A stretch of DNA of 64,000 nt, taken from assembly GCA_032718475.1 (NCBI GenBank), contig JAUCBJ010009055.1, positions 1-64,000 on the forward strand, in the 5' to 3' direction. A program made the position numbers and the translations under genes. The notes under the pieces are model-generated. The model saw nothing but the letters and a program-made list of their open reading frames with translations, searched no databases and was not told the DNA's origin. The DNA is from Nemertoderma westbladi (Eukaryota; Animalia; Xenacoelomorpha). Positions 1 through 11,232 of the stretch are shown piece after piece (the first letter of the stretch is position 1; each line of letters begins with the position of its first letter).

Positions 1-778
1 AATCGCCAAAAACACTAACTGATGAGGGACAGAAAATGTTTTCCAAATAAAGAAATCGTTTTGAGGTTTCTTATCGGTTGATTTAACCAATGGGCGCAGA
101 GGATGTTTGATTACAATAAGAAGCAGCCAAGGACAGATCACTATCCGTCCAATAGGAATATAGGTGCTTATGGTGGTGACTGTGCAGTGCACTCTGTATT
201 GAATCTCTTCCTAAAACTGCATAATAGCCAAGGTAGGAAAGTTGTTAGGTAAGTAGGGAGGGAGCTTTGTACTGTAGGTAGGTAGGTAGGGGCATGGGGG
301 GGGGGGGGGGGGGTGTAGGTTATGGAGGGAGGGATAATTATAGGGGGGTCGACTGGGAATTAGTCGTAAGACTTTTGTGCGTAATCCCTGGCCTAACGGC
401 AGAAGAAAACTATAGGCCTACTTATTTAATTAACTTTACTCTAATGTGCATTTTATTTTCATATTCAGAGAAAGCAATTACTGTTGCATAGTTAAGGATT
501 TCTTCCGCTAGTATTTGTCATGTTGTTTTCTGACTATCCGCCCCTATAGTTGATGCCACTTCTGGTCTATTATATGTGATAATTAAACAAAACTGCTGGT
601 GGTTTCTTTCTATATTGTTATTATTGTTTCTTTATGCTTTTGAGATGAGAATATCTACCACAACCACACATCATTTAATCAATGTTAATCACCATGAATT
701 TAATTAATTGTGGTGTTAAAAGACACGCAAGACTCTCCGCTTTCAATCGATATAAGCCAAGTGTGAAATGATTGAGAT

Positions 779-880
779 TACATATTAATCAACAACATCA
801 GAACTCTCAACAAACTCTTTTCACACACGGCGGGGACGCGTAAATAAAACAACCAGTCAGGATCCCTGGATCCCGTCACA
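779..880 (+). repeat. Remnant (last 102 bp) of BEL/Pao LTR
   Basis: Aligns ungapped to 11131-11232 with 5 mismatches counted by eye; ends ...GGATCCCGTCACA. Sequence upstream of 779 does not match the 3' LTR. Confidence 0.9.
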
Positions 881-906
881 GTAATAAAATTCCAACCACC
901 CGAACT

Positions 907-2184
907 GTGACTGCCAGCCACCAATCTAAGAAAGTTAAAGATGAGTCAGGAAGAAGAGACAACACCGCCACGGACCCCGGACGATACGAACGAAACGATC
1001 CGCGAGGCCGCGACGCGACGGTACCGACCCAGGATGCCGGAGTCGTCAACCCCAAACGATCCGGCAGCCCAAGCACAGGGCGGTCGTCTACCGCAAGAAG
1101 GGACGAGCAAGTTGTGAGAGAGGAGAGACGAGTCGACGCACGACGGCGGTCGACGTACCGATGTCGCCGGCCAGCCACAGGCCGAGGGCGACGGACGGCC
1201 CACCGGAACGGCGACGGTGGGGCCGCCGGTACGACGCCGAACACGGAGAGATGGGGGGATGTCGGTGACGAGGACGTTGGAGTCAGCGATCGGCTTCGAC
1301 GAGCCTACAACGCAACCAGGAAGCAGCTGAGGGAAGCCAAAGAAGGGGCGAAGATAGACCAGGTGAAGCTAGAGAAGCGGCTAGGTGAGTCAAATAAACA
1401 TTTTGATTATTTAGTGCGCTTTGGGCAGGGAGAACTAGCCAATGAGAGAGCGAGAGGAGTCGCCACCGAACTGTTTGAACTGTGGGAATGTAGGGGTATG
1501 GAGCCTGGTGTAGTGTACATAGGGCCATACTTAGTCGATGCCCGGGGAATTAAGTTGGTGGGTTGGAGGGGACCGCAGGAGGGCGAATCCGAGGTTAACC
1601 CCAAGGATTTGGTCTCGTCGGTCGGCAAAAATCCCAGAAAGCGGGGGAAAGTCGGTAGGACGGGAAGGCGGCGGGAGTCCGTCGCAACCGATAAGTCTGC
1701 TACATCCTCCGCAAAAGTAAGACGGGTGCTAGAAATAGATCTGGCGTCCCAACTCGATCTGGTGGCACTAGACCAGAGAGAATTAGAGAGACAGTTGGAA
1801 GAAGGGAGTGCGTTACTAGAGAAGGAGAGAGAACTGGCTAGGGAGAATGAAAAGAGGGCCGAGAGGGTCGCGAGAAGCTTTAGGGAGTATGATGAGATAG
1901 AAACAAGGAAAAGAAAGGAACGAGAAGAGCGTGAGGCAAGAGAACAGAGTGGACGAGAAGAGCGTGAGGCAAGAGAACAGAGTGGACGAGAAGAGCGTGA
2001 GGCAAGAGAACAGAGTGAACATAAAGAGCGTGAGGCAAGAGAGCAGAGTGAACGTAAAGAGCGCGGGGCGGCGAGAGAAGAGAGTGAGCGAAAAGAGCGT
2101 GGGGCGAGATGGTTTGAGAGAGTTGCGAGAGAGGCGGAATTGGCCGAACAGAGTTCGCGAGAGGACAGAGAGAGAGAGAGATGA
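907..2184 (+). pseudogene. N-terminal part of BEL element ORF1/gag region; charged, predicted coiled coil
   Basis: 425-codon open frame just inside the LTR, with E/R-rich REEREAREQSG repeats. Continuation through 2181-4200 is broken into short frames, often near poly-G tracts. No recognisable domain. Confidence 0.5.
1921..2100 (+). repeat. 33-bp coding tandem repeat (REEREAREQSG-like), about 5 degenerate copies
   Basis: CGAGAAGAGCGTGAGGCAAGAGAACAGAGTGGA repeated and progressively degenerating. Confidence 0.85.
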
Positions 2185-2723
2185 CGGGAAAGCGTGTGCG
2201 CGATGACATGCATGCCCGGTTGAGGGGACTTATGCAGTACCAGGCGAAACAGAAGCACCGACTGGAACTGGCGCAGATGGGGCTGTCAGAGAGCGAGGCT
2301 GGCTCGAGTGTTTACGGAGCAAGGACCGGACGACAGACCCAAGACTGGTGTGACCGTACGGGTGGGGGGGGGGGGGGGGGGGTTAACGGTAATAATACTG
2401 TAGAAAACGTTAATATTAATAGTACCGTAGTGGATAACCCTAATCAAACTTTCATTTCAGGAAATAGTATTTTACCCAGTAATTTAAATTTAAATACAAA
2501 TATTTCAAATAATATAAATACAAATAATTCAAATAATATAATTACGCAAAATAATTCAAATAATATAATTACGCAAAATAATTTGAATAATGACCTTAAT
2601 TTGAACAAACAAAATAATCCCGTTTCTAATTTAAACATATAAAATAATTTAATTAATTTGGAAAGTGATGTTGATAATGGTGCTATTAATATAAACGCGG
2701 CAAACGCAGGTGGCCAGGCAAAT

Positions 2724-2965
2724 GAGGGCCTGGTAGGCCACGTAGTCAGTAGGCAGGAGGTGGCGGGGGCGAGAAACCCCAATGAGAGCCTAGTAGGCCA
2801 CGTAGTCGGTAGGCAGGGAGGTGGCTGGGTTGGCGTAGAAACCCCAGTGAGGGCCTGGTAGGCCACGTAGTTGGTAGGCAGGAGTGGCTGGGTTGGCTAG
2901 ACCCAGCGAGGGCCTGGTAGGCCACATAGTTGGTAGGCAGGGAGTAGAGGGCCTGGTAGGCCACG
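2724..2965 (+). repeat. Imperfect 40-65-bp repeats with core GAGGGCCTGGTAGGCCAC (5 copies)
   Basis: Core seen near 2724, 2784, 2849, 2908 and 2948; contains the inverted repeat GGCCT-GGT-AGGCC. Confidence 0.75.
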
Positions 2966-3955
2966 CAATAGCAGAGGGAGAGGCGGGGGTGAATAGACCC
3001 GACCGCGGTAGGGTTGATGTGTCGACTAGAGAGGGATATAGTAGCGGGGTGAGGGATAACGAAGTTAGATGTGGCGAGTGGGGGGGGGGCTACAGGGGCC
3101 CCACAACAGCAAGTTAGCGGCGAGAGGGGGGGGGGGGGCAGAGAGTGCCCCACAGGCGTCGGCGGATAATGCGCGGGCCGAATTAGGTGAACCGCAGCAC
3201 CCGGCGACGGAGAGTAGTAGGGGGGTTGCGAGTACCCCCAGCGGCGTGCGACCGAGCAGAGAGAGACGAGGTTGACGTCGCGAGATGGCGCGTGACGAGA
3301 GCGTCGAGCCCGATCAGAAGAGGGAAGAAGAACGGTGGGGTTTAACCGGGAGGTCGACGAGAGATCTCACGAGCGGGAAAATTCCGCTGAAAGGAGAAGA
3401 AGAGAAGACAGTAGTAGAAGTATCGCCGCGAACGATAGAAGAGCGAGGACGGATAGCGAGCCGTCGGTGGTCGAGATGAGAACGGAGAGTCAGTGGGGTC
3501 GGACTCCGGGAGATTGCCGTCGCCCCGGAGAGATGCGACCTGGCGAGGCGTATTACACGCCGATGGAGGGGTACGCGATGTACCGGTACGAAGACGAGAA
3601 CAGTAGAGGGGGGGGGGGGTCAAAGAGAAACTTTCCGACGGAACACACCTACCGATCGAGAATACGGTAGCCGCGGGGAGGACTGTTCGAGAAGAATAAA
3701 CTTCGATCCCGAGCGACACATGCAGACTATAGGACATACTGTAGGCCTTACTGCACATACCATAGGCCATACTGACAGAGGCAATGTAGGCGATAGGATG
3801 GCGCGGACGGCGGGATTAAACCCGGAAGTCGCGGAATACATACCGGCGGGTAGGCCAGAAGCTGATAGGCCTATACCGGTACCTGTACAGCAGTATGACT
3901 ACAGCATGCAGGGACATAACATATACCCAGGGGAGGGGGGAATTATTGCGGATAG

Positions 3956-4533
3956 GTGTATGGGCCCCAACATATTAACATCAACCCCAGTACCAAACAT
4001 ACCGGTGGGGGGGGGGGGGGGGGGGGGCAGGGTGACATTCCCCCATCACAATATCAACAATATACCCCGATAGGAGCAAGAACAATGAGTCCCTTGGATG
4101 AAAATAGGTCGTGTGATACAGAAATATGGAGGGGGCCGCTACCCCCAATGACATACCCAAGTCAAAGAAAGTCAAGGAATAGGACGGACGGGCCGCATCA
4201 GACAGGAGAAACCATACAGCATCCATCGAACCCATTGGAAGCGCAGGCGATGGGGATGGCCACGCTGATCGATGCGTTGAAAACGAGGATCGAGTTACCA
4301 CCCGTGGAACCATTCAAATTCGATGGGAGTAGGCCGGAAGAATATCTACAGTTTCGGCGCATGTATAGTAACGAAATACTAACAAAGAACTTGATGCAGG
4401 CGGAGTGCCTAAAGTATCTGCAAGTATACACGGGAGGCCCAGCATACGATATCGTGAGGCAATATCAAGGGATAGAGGGCAGTTTCACGACAGCATGGCG
4501 GGCACTGGACAGGGAATACGGACACCCGGATCC
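3956..4533 (+). pseudogene. gag: BEL/Pao gag core fragment (DUF1759-like), truncated
   Basis: LPPVEPFKFDG...YLQF...CLKYL...GPAYDIV...AWRALDREYG matches the typical BEL gag pattern. It stops abruptly, with no Cys-His knuckles or protease following. Confidence 0.8.
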
Positions 4534-4551
4534 TATCTGGATCCCGTCACA

Positions 4552-7500
4552 GGATGGGCCGTGGAGCTACCGGTCGACGAACCAAACACGGACAGGACCT
4601 ACTACCTGCCACTCCACGTGGCTCTAGACCCGAAGAAAGGTAAACTGCGGATGGTAGTTGACGCATCGGCTAAGACCAACGGCAAATGCCTAAACGATTA
4701 TCTGCTGGAGGGTCCCAATATCTATAACTCAGGGATCGAGGTCCTACTCAGATTCAGGAACGGGAAACACGCCTTCACCTGCGACATCGAAGGCATGTTC
4801 AACCAAGTCCGTGTAATGGAAGAGGATAGCGACAGTCAGCGCTTCCTATGGTACAACGGCGACGAGGAACCGTCGACAATACCGATGTACAAGATGGTAG
4901 TGCAGAATATGGGGGCCAAGTCGTCCTCTTTCACGACGACTGTGGCCGTGAGGGACACGGTAGAAGGGAAGGAAGATAAATATAGCGCCAAAGCCGTCGA
5001 TATGATTCGACGCGGCTTCTATGTAGACGACGGGATGGAGTCTGGAAATACGGTTAAGGAACTACTGGATACGGGGCGCGAGGTTCGCGACATCCTAAAA
5101 GGATCCGGGTTTAACCTAACCAAGTTCCAATCCAGCTCGCAAGAGTTCATGAAAGCCATAGAGGACAGGAGGCCAGAGTCGACCATGGATAATCCCACGA
5201 CAGCCAAGGGACAGGACATGGCGAACAAAAGGGTAGAGTCCCAACAGAAGGCATTAGGGATCGTGTGGAACCGAGAGACAGACGAGTTGAAGTACCAGTT
5301 AAGCCAGGAGGGGGCAGACATCCACACAAAGAGGGGCTATGTATCGTACATAGCAAGGATATACGATCCCTTAGGCCTAGCATCCCCATTACTAGTCACG
5401 GGGAAGCAAATACTTAAGAAGGTATACAAGCTAAAGGACGAGTGGGACACAGAGGTACCGGAAGAGATCAGCAAGCAGTGGTGCAAGTGGACAGAGAGTT
5501 TAGAACAGATGGGAACATACAGCATGCCACGCGTGTATTTCCCGGATGGGGACATGACGAATCTGGATCTACACATGTTCTCCGATGCGTCATTAGAGGC
5601 ATACGGAGCGGCACTCTACTTAGTACAACGAGAGGGGGCTCACAAGCCCAGACTCGCATTCAGCAAAGCGAAGTCAACGCCGCCAGATTCAGCATCGGTC
5701 CCGAAACTCGAGTTGACAGCAGCGAGGTTAGGAGTAAGGGCCACAGCCTACTTGATGGATGCTATTCCCAACATAGTGGAAACACACTACTGGACGGACT
5801 CCATGGTAGTGCTTGGTTGGCTACACAATGAAAGGACGAGATACCCTATATTTGTCGCAAATAGGGTGGACGAGATAAGAGCGACGACGGAATTGGAAAG
5901 GTGGCACTACTGCCCAACGGACGAGAACCCAGCGGACTTGTTATCGAGGGGCGTAGCACGCCACACTTTCTTGAAGAAGGAAGTATTGTGGCAGCACGGG
6001 CCGCAATTTCTGAACGATAAAACAGCCTGGCCACCGATGAGGAAGGTGGACCCGGGCTCAGGGGAAGTAGCACTAGAGGAGGAGGGAGGAGATTCAGAGG
6101 CTGAGGAGATATATAGCCAGATGGTGAGGGAGATAAGGGACGTGCAACCAAAACCGGAAGAACTGTGCGATAACCTGACGGACAAACTCCTTAGCTACAG
6201 CTCAAGTTGGTACAAGACCAAGAAGTTAGTGGCGTACTGGAGAGCCTTCGGGGATTTCCTCAAGGGAGTCGGCAAAGCCATAAAAAATAAAACAACCATC
6301 GATCTGGAGGGAGCGGCCAAGGCCGTCATCCGCTACGAACAGAGAAAGAATTACGGCGACGAGGTGGAACGCGTCAGTAAACAACAGCATCTCCGACGGG
6401 ACAGTGAGCTGATCGCGCTGTCGCCACAACTCAATGATGATGGAATCTTAGTAATGAACTCTAGGGTGTTGAACAACAACAGTATCATCATTCCACCAAA
6501 GCCCATCATCATCCCTAATGGATCGCCGATAGTCCACCAGATCATCTGGGACTCCCACAAGTCGATATTGCACGGGGGCACCAACCGAACCCTCACGGAG
6601 ATACGAAGGACCTTTTGGGTCAAACAGTTAAGAAAGAAGGTAAAGGCGGTAGTGGGGCAGTGCCAGACCTGCCGACGAACAAGAAGGAGCGAGCCATACA
6701 GGAGATGGCGCCACTACCGGCCAGTAGGGTGAGACAGCACGACCCGCCATTCACGCACTGCGGTGTGGATATGTTCGGGCCGATAAAGATTAAGGTGATG
6801 CGGCACACGGAGAAGCGCTACAGCATTATCTTCGTATGTAACAACACGCGGGCGGTAGGGATAGAACTCGCCCAAGACGCAACCGCATCGGCATTCATCA
6901 ATGCCCTAGAGAGGTTCAGAGACCGCAAAGGTGGGACGATCGCAGTAATATACTCCGATAATGGAACCAACTTTGTGGGGGCGGAGAACGAGATGGCAGA
7001 GGCCTTGGATATCCTGGAAGGGGAGGAAGTCAGGGCAGCCATGAGAAGACGACAGGTGAAGTGGGAGAGGAGGACGCCGTATGCTCCGCATACTCTAGGA
7101 TGCGTCGAGAGACTCGTGGGTAGTTCAAAGCGTCTAATGACGAAGTTGATGAACACCCACATGGTAACCAGAAGACGTACTAAGGACGGTACTAGTGAAG
7201 TGCGAGGGTATCATTAATAGCAGACCGCTATATCCAGAAAATGATGACCCAGAGCCATTAGATGTGCTGACACCCAGTCACTTTCTAATGGAGAGGCCGG
7301 CGACCATCGACATGCGGGGTGTAGACCCAGACGATATACACTCCCGACAGAGTTGGAAAGTCGCTAAGGCGATAAGCGAGGAGTACTGGAGGAGGTGGGT
7401 CGAGGAATATCTACCCACGCTTCATAGGAGAAGCAAGTGGAGAAATACGAATAGGGAGTTGAAGGAGGGTGATCTGGTGATCGTCACGGACGATACCATC

Positions 7501-7665
7501 ATCAACAACCAATGGCGATTGGCGAGAGTTGTGGGCACTTACTCCGATGAGGACGGAAGAGTCCGATCGGTAGAAGTGCGGATAGGTGGTAAGATAGGAG
7601 CGAAAGATAGGAAGACCTACAGGAGGGCTGTAGGAAAGTGCTGCCTACTAGAGGGCGCACCTTAG
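4552..7665 (+). pseudogene. pol: BEL/Pao pol (RT, RNase H, integrase) with two frameshifts
   Basis: ORFs 4405-6732, 6615-7217 and 7195-7665 join by frameshifts near 6680 (after CQTC) and near 7170 (an extra A; removal restores VTEDVLRTVLVKCEGIINSRPL). C-terminal YWRRWVEEYLPTL...W.LARV is typical of BEL integrase tails. Confidence 0.92.
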
Positions 7666-7784
7666 TTGAGTAGAGTTTAGTCGTCCAAATGTTGGACTGA
7701 GGGGGGTGGGATTGAGGGCGAGACGCCCTTCCCACAAACAAAATATAAAAAAATAAATCAATAAATAAAGAGAGAGTAATAGTG

Positions 7785-8500
7785 GTAGTACGTAGTAGTA
7801 CCTAGTGAGTAAGTAGGCAGATAGAAGTTAGTAAGAGTTAGTAGTAAGAGGGTATGTAGTACCGCTAGGTAGATAGTAAGAGTTAGTAGTAAGAGGGTAC
7901 ATAGTACCACTAGTTAGATAGTAAGAGTTAGTAGTAAGAGGGTACGTAGTACCGCTAGTTAGATAGTAAGAGTTAGTAGTAAGAGGGTACATAGTACCGC
8001 TAGTTAGATAGTAAGAGTTAGTAGTAAGAAGGTACGTAGTACCGCTAGTTAGATAGTAAGAGTTAGTAGTAAGAGGGTATGTAGTACCGGTTAGTAAGAG
8101 TCAGTGGAGTTAGAAGGTAGTAAGAGGGTACGTAGTACCGGTTAGTAAGAGTCAGTGGAGTTAAAAGGTAGTAAGAAGGTACATAGTACCGGTTAGTAAG
8201 AGTCAGTGGAGTTAGAAGGTAGTAAGAGGGTACATAGTACCAGTTAGTAAGAGTTGGTGGAGTTAGAAGTTAGTAAGAGGGTACGTAGTACTGGTTAGTA
8301 AGAGTTGGTGGAGTTAGAAGTTAGTAAGAGGGTACGTAGTACCGGTTAGTAAGAGTTAGTGGAGTTAGAGGTTAGTAAGAGGGTACGTAGTACCGGTTAG
8401 TATGAGGGTACGTAGTACCGGTTAGTAAGAGGGTATGTAGTACCGGTTAGTAAGAGGGTACGTAGTACCGGTTAGTAAGAGGGTACGAAGTACCGGCTAG
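7785..8500 (+). repeat. Compound tandem array (45-, 51- and 25-bp units) in BEL 3' region, each unit with GGTAC-NNN-GTACC
   Basis: Periods read directly: AGATAGTAAG at 7871/7916/7961 (45 bp), then 51-bp units from about 8089, then 25-bp units from about 8391. About 16 copies of GGTA(C/T)(G/A)TAGTACC. Confidence 0.9.
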
Positions 8501-9035
8501 TAGGAATTAGTAGTAGAAGTTAGTAGTAGAAGGATATGTATAATATAAATATAATGAGAGTTAGTAGAGATTAGTTAGGAAGTTAGTAGAGCTAGTAGTG
8601 AGTAGCGAGAGGGGGGCACGTGGGTACAGCTGGATAAATCGTGTAGGCCACGCGACGCATACTGTTGTACTGCACAAGCCCACAGAGTAGGCCAGAATGT
8701 GGATTACAAAATAGAGTAATCCACCGGCAGAATACTGATAGCACAGTAGCAGGATTAAATTAAAATAAAAATAAACTAGGATTAGAAAATTAGACAAATT
8801 ATGGTAACAGTAGGAAAAAATATTCTGGAACATAATTAAAGAAACGGACAGAATTACCAAATTTAGTACAATTTGACAGTTTTAGGAAATTAGGTAGGAA
8901 AATTAGGCGAGAACCCAAAATTCAGTGAGAAATAGGCCATTATGGAACTGTACAAACCATCCTAACTTTATCACTCATCTGTATTGCGCCTTGGCAAGGC
9001 ACCACCTTACAGGTGAGCGATTGGGAGAGTTCGAA

Positions 9036-9860
9036 ATGGCGGAGAAACTTGTCCGAAAGAGAAAGGCGGAGTTAGGAGGAAAGGAGATACTGGTGGATTT
9101 CACCGAGAGGCATCCGGAAGAAAAGACAAGGGGATACATCGAGCGGTTAGAGAGGGGTCACAAAGCGCGAGCGCTGCAGGACCATTTCAGGGAGATGCAC
9201 GAACGGCGACTGGTCGGGACCTACGGGACACCGTCGCTAGACAATGCAATCTTCGAGCATTTCCACTATGTGGTGAAGGGAGACGAGGCGAAGTTCGGGA
9301 TTCTGAAGTACGCGAAGGAGCCACCGAGAAAGGATTGGAAGAGGTTCGTAGAGTCCGTCAGCAGGGGAGGATACATGGTCCTAGACGATGAGGGGACCGT
9401 GGAAGACAAGGAAGGTTCGAGAAGAGGATCAGCGGGGTCGGCCAGAACCATACTCCTACATTTGGCCGCGCCAAATAGGGACATTTTCCTATTCGACCTG
9501 GGAACGTATGGGAAGAAGAACGGGCCGAAGTTGAACCGGTTGCCAAAGGCGGTGCAAACCCTAGTGAGAGAGAAGTCGACGACGAAGGTGTGATCGGCGA
9601 TCCGCGACGATGCGGAGAGAATCAGCGGTACGGACACCCCCAACCTCCTGGATATGCAGACGGTCTACATGGCTATGACAGCACCAGACGGGTTGGGACT
9701 AGTGGAGAACGCAGGCCATTGTGGAGCGGTGGCGATGGGCCAGCTACTGGGGCTCGTGTGTCACAAGCCAATGGACTGGGGTAAGTTCAGAGAGGAGTAC
9801 GGATCGGAGTTAGCGAACTCGCTAAAGTGGGGAGCGAGGCCAGATAAGACCGAGAAGTGA
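9036..9860 (+). pseudogene. Extra retrotransposon ORF, DnaQ-like DEDD(y) 3'-5' exonuclease-like (WRN/EXD/Mut-7 type), interrupted by one TGA
   Basis: ORFs 8925-9593 and 9654-9860 are in the same frame, separated only by TGA at 9591-9593. Read-through gives YMVLDDEG (ExoI DxE), ILLHLA...IFLFDL, LPKAVQTLVREKSTTKV*SAIRDDAERI (KvG..i..D, ExoII), LLDMQTVY and GQLLGL...K. ExoIII YxxxD not found. First ATG at 9036. Confidence 0.7.
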
Positions 9861-10623
9861 AGGGAGATAAGACCAAGGGAGCGGCAGCGGCCAGGAAACG
9901 ACCAAGAGAGGAGGATGTCAGAGGGAAGGAGTTGAGATGGTTCCCGAAGTCAGGTGGAACGAACTAGAGGATGGATGTGGGATGCCTGGAAGGCACCACA
10001 TGAGAAGTGCAAACTCCTAAGTAGAGAACTTAAATAACTAAAAGTGCAATTAGTATGTACGTATGTAACAATCATTAGTTAGTCGATAAGTAAATATAAT
10101 CAAAGTAAGTACTATAGTCATATGACCTTTTTTCCAATTAGCTACTGGGACTGGGGACCAATTGACTATGACGGACGAGACATTGGACGACTTCACACTT
10201 CTTGAGTGCGACGGCATGAAAGGGGAGGGTGAGGCCCGTCGGGAGAAAGTGAGTTGAGAAGGGGGTTGAGTACGGAACTAGCGGAGAGAGTGTGGGTGCA
10301 ATTCGAGCGTGGGGGGGGGGGGGGGAGAAGCGAGAAGCAGAGTGAGGGACAGGAAGGTCCGGGAGATAGGATGAAAGAAAGTTAGAGTCAGTTAAGAGGG
10401 GAGAGAGTGTTGGGGAAACAAAAATCGTGTGAGAGAAAGCCACGATCGGCCCGACACGGGACGCCAGATGTCTTGGCGCAAGATAGATAAAGTTGCCCCA
10501 AGATGGGGTAGCGATATCATACCCATAGGGAGCAGCCTGGAAAGCCGGCTCCGCGAAAAATAACTCCACCCCACACCCGATAGTAAATCGGGATCCAGCG
10601 GAATTGTAGCGCACTAGAGGTGG

Positions 10624-10661
10624 ATGCTATCTTCTCACCGGGAAGATAGCATGGGGGGGAG
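10624..10661 (+). promoter_or_regulatory. 11-bp perfect hairpin followed by polypurine tract (BEL plus-strand primer region)
   Basis: ATGCTATCTTC (10624-10634) pairs with GAAGATAGCAT (10642-10652), then GGGGGGGAG (10653-10661) directly before the TG of the LTR. Confidence 0.8.
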
Positions 10662-11232
10662 TGTTAGCGTATTCAATTCCGCTAACCACCCCACAAAGTA
10701 GGGCAAGCGGCACCTTTAAGCAATATTGGGGAGTACGAGGTTGATTGCCAATCAACCTCGTATCACCCCAATAAACGGGGACGACAAACCCCAAAGGGAC
10801 ACACACAAAGGGGGTCAGAGGTTACACCTCCGGGAGAGAGAGAGTGACAGTAGCAGGGGGAGGGCACTCCCAGAGAGGTGGGAGGCGAGAATTGGGTTAT
10901 TAGCCAATGGGGGGCAGGCATCCGCTGAGTAATGTAATACGGCCAACCCAGTGCAGAATATTATCAGTTGGTGTTTCCCATATTATTCACTTAGTTAGTC
11001 AGTTCAGTTAGGGCTGAACGGTAACTTTTATTACCGTCCATTACCGCCACCATTCACTTATTTTACCAGCAGTATTCAGCTTATCAATTAACTGTGCCTA
11101 TACTTTATCCTTTACTCTATTATATTTATATACATATTAATCAACAAGATCAGAACTCTCAACAAACTTTTTTCACACACGGCGGGGACGCGTAAATATA
11201 ACAACCAGTCGGGATCCCCGGATCCCGTCACA
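10662..11232 (+). repeat. BEL/Pao 3' LTR (571 bp, TGT...ACA)
   Basis: Starts TGTTAG right after the PPT and ends CGTCACA; the 3' 102 bp match 779-880. Confidence 0.85.

Larger units (their letters stand above)
779..11232 (+). mobile_element. BEL/Pao LTR retrotransposon, decayed (5' LTR truncated, internal deletion, frameshifts), with an extra 3' ORF
   Basis: BEL-type gag core, RT (FTCDIEGMFNQV, YVDD), Pao-type RNase H (HMFSDAS, VPKLEL, YWTDS, NPADLLSRG) and integrase (HHCC, GVDMFGP, SDNGTNF, VERLV) in RT-RH-INT order. PPT plus TG...CA 3' LTR at 10662-11232, whose last 102 bp recur at 779-880. Confidence 0.93.

Noticed and set aside
1-778. ORF 294-491 and G-rich stretch
   Set aside because: The ORF is driven by a poly-G tract, with no recognisable domain or element boundary.
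7785-8500. CRISPR-like array next to a nuclease ORF
   Set aside because: Linkers between the palindromic cores are themselves repeated, not unique spacers.
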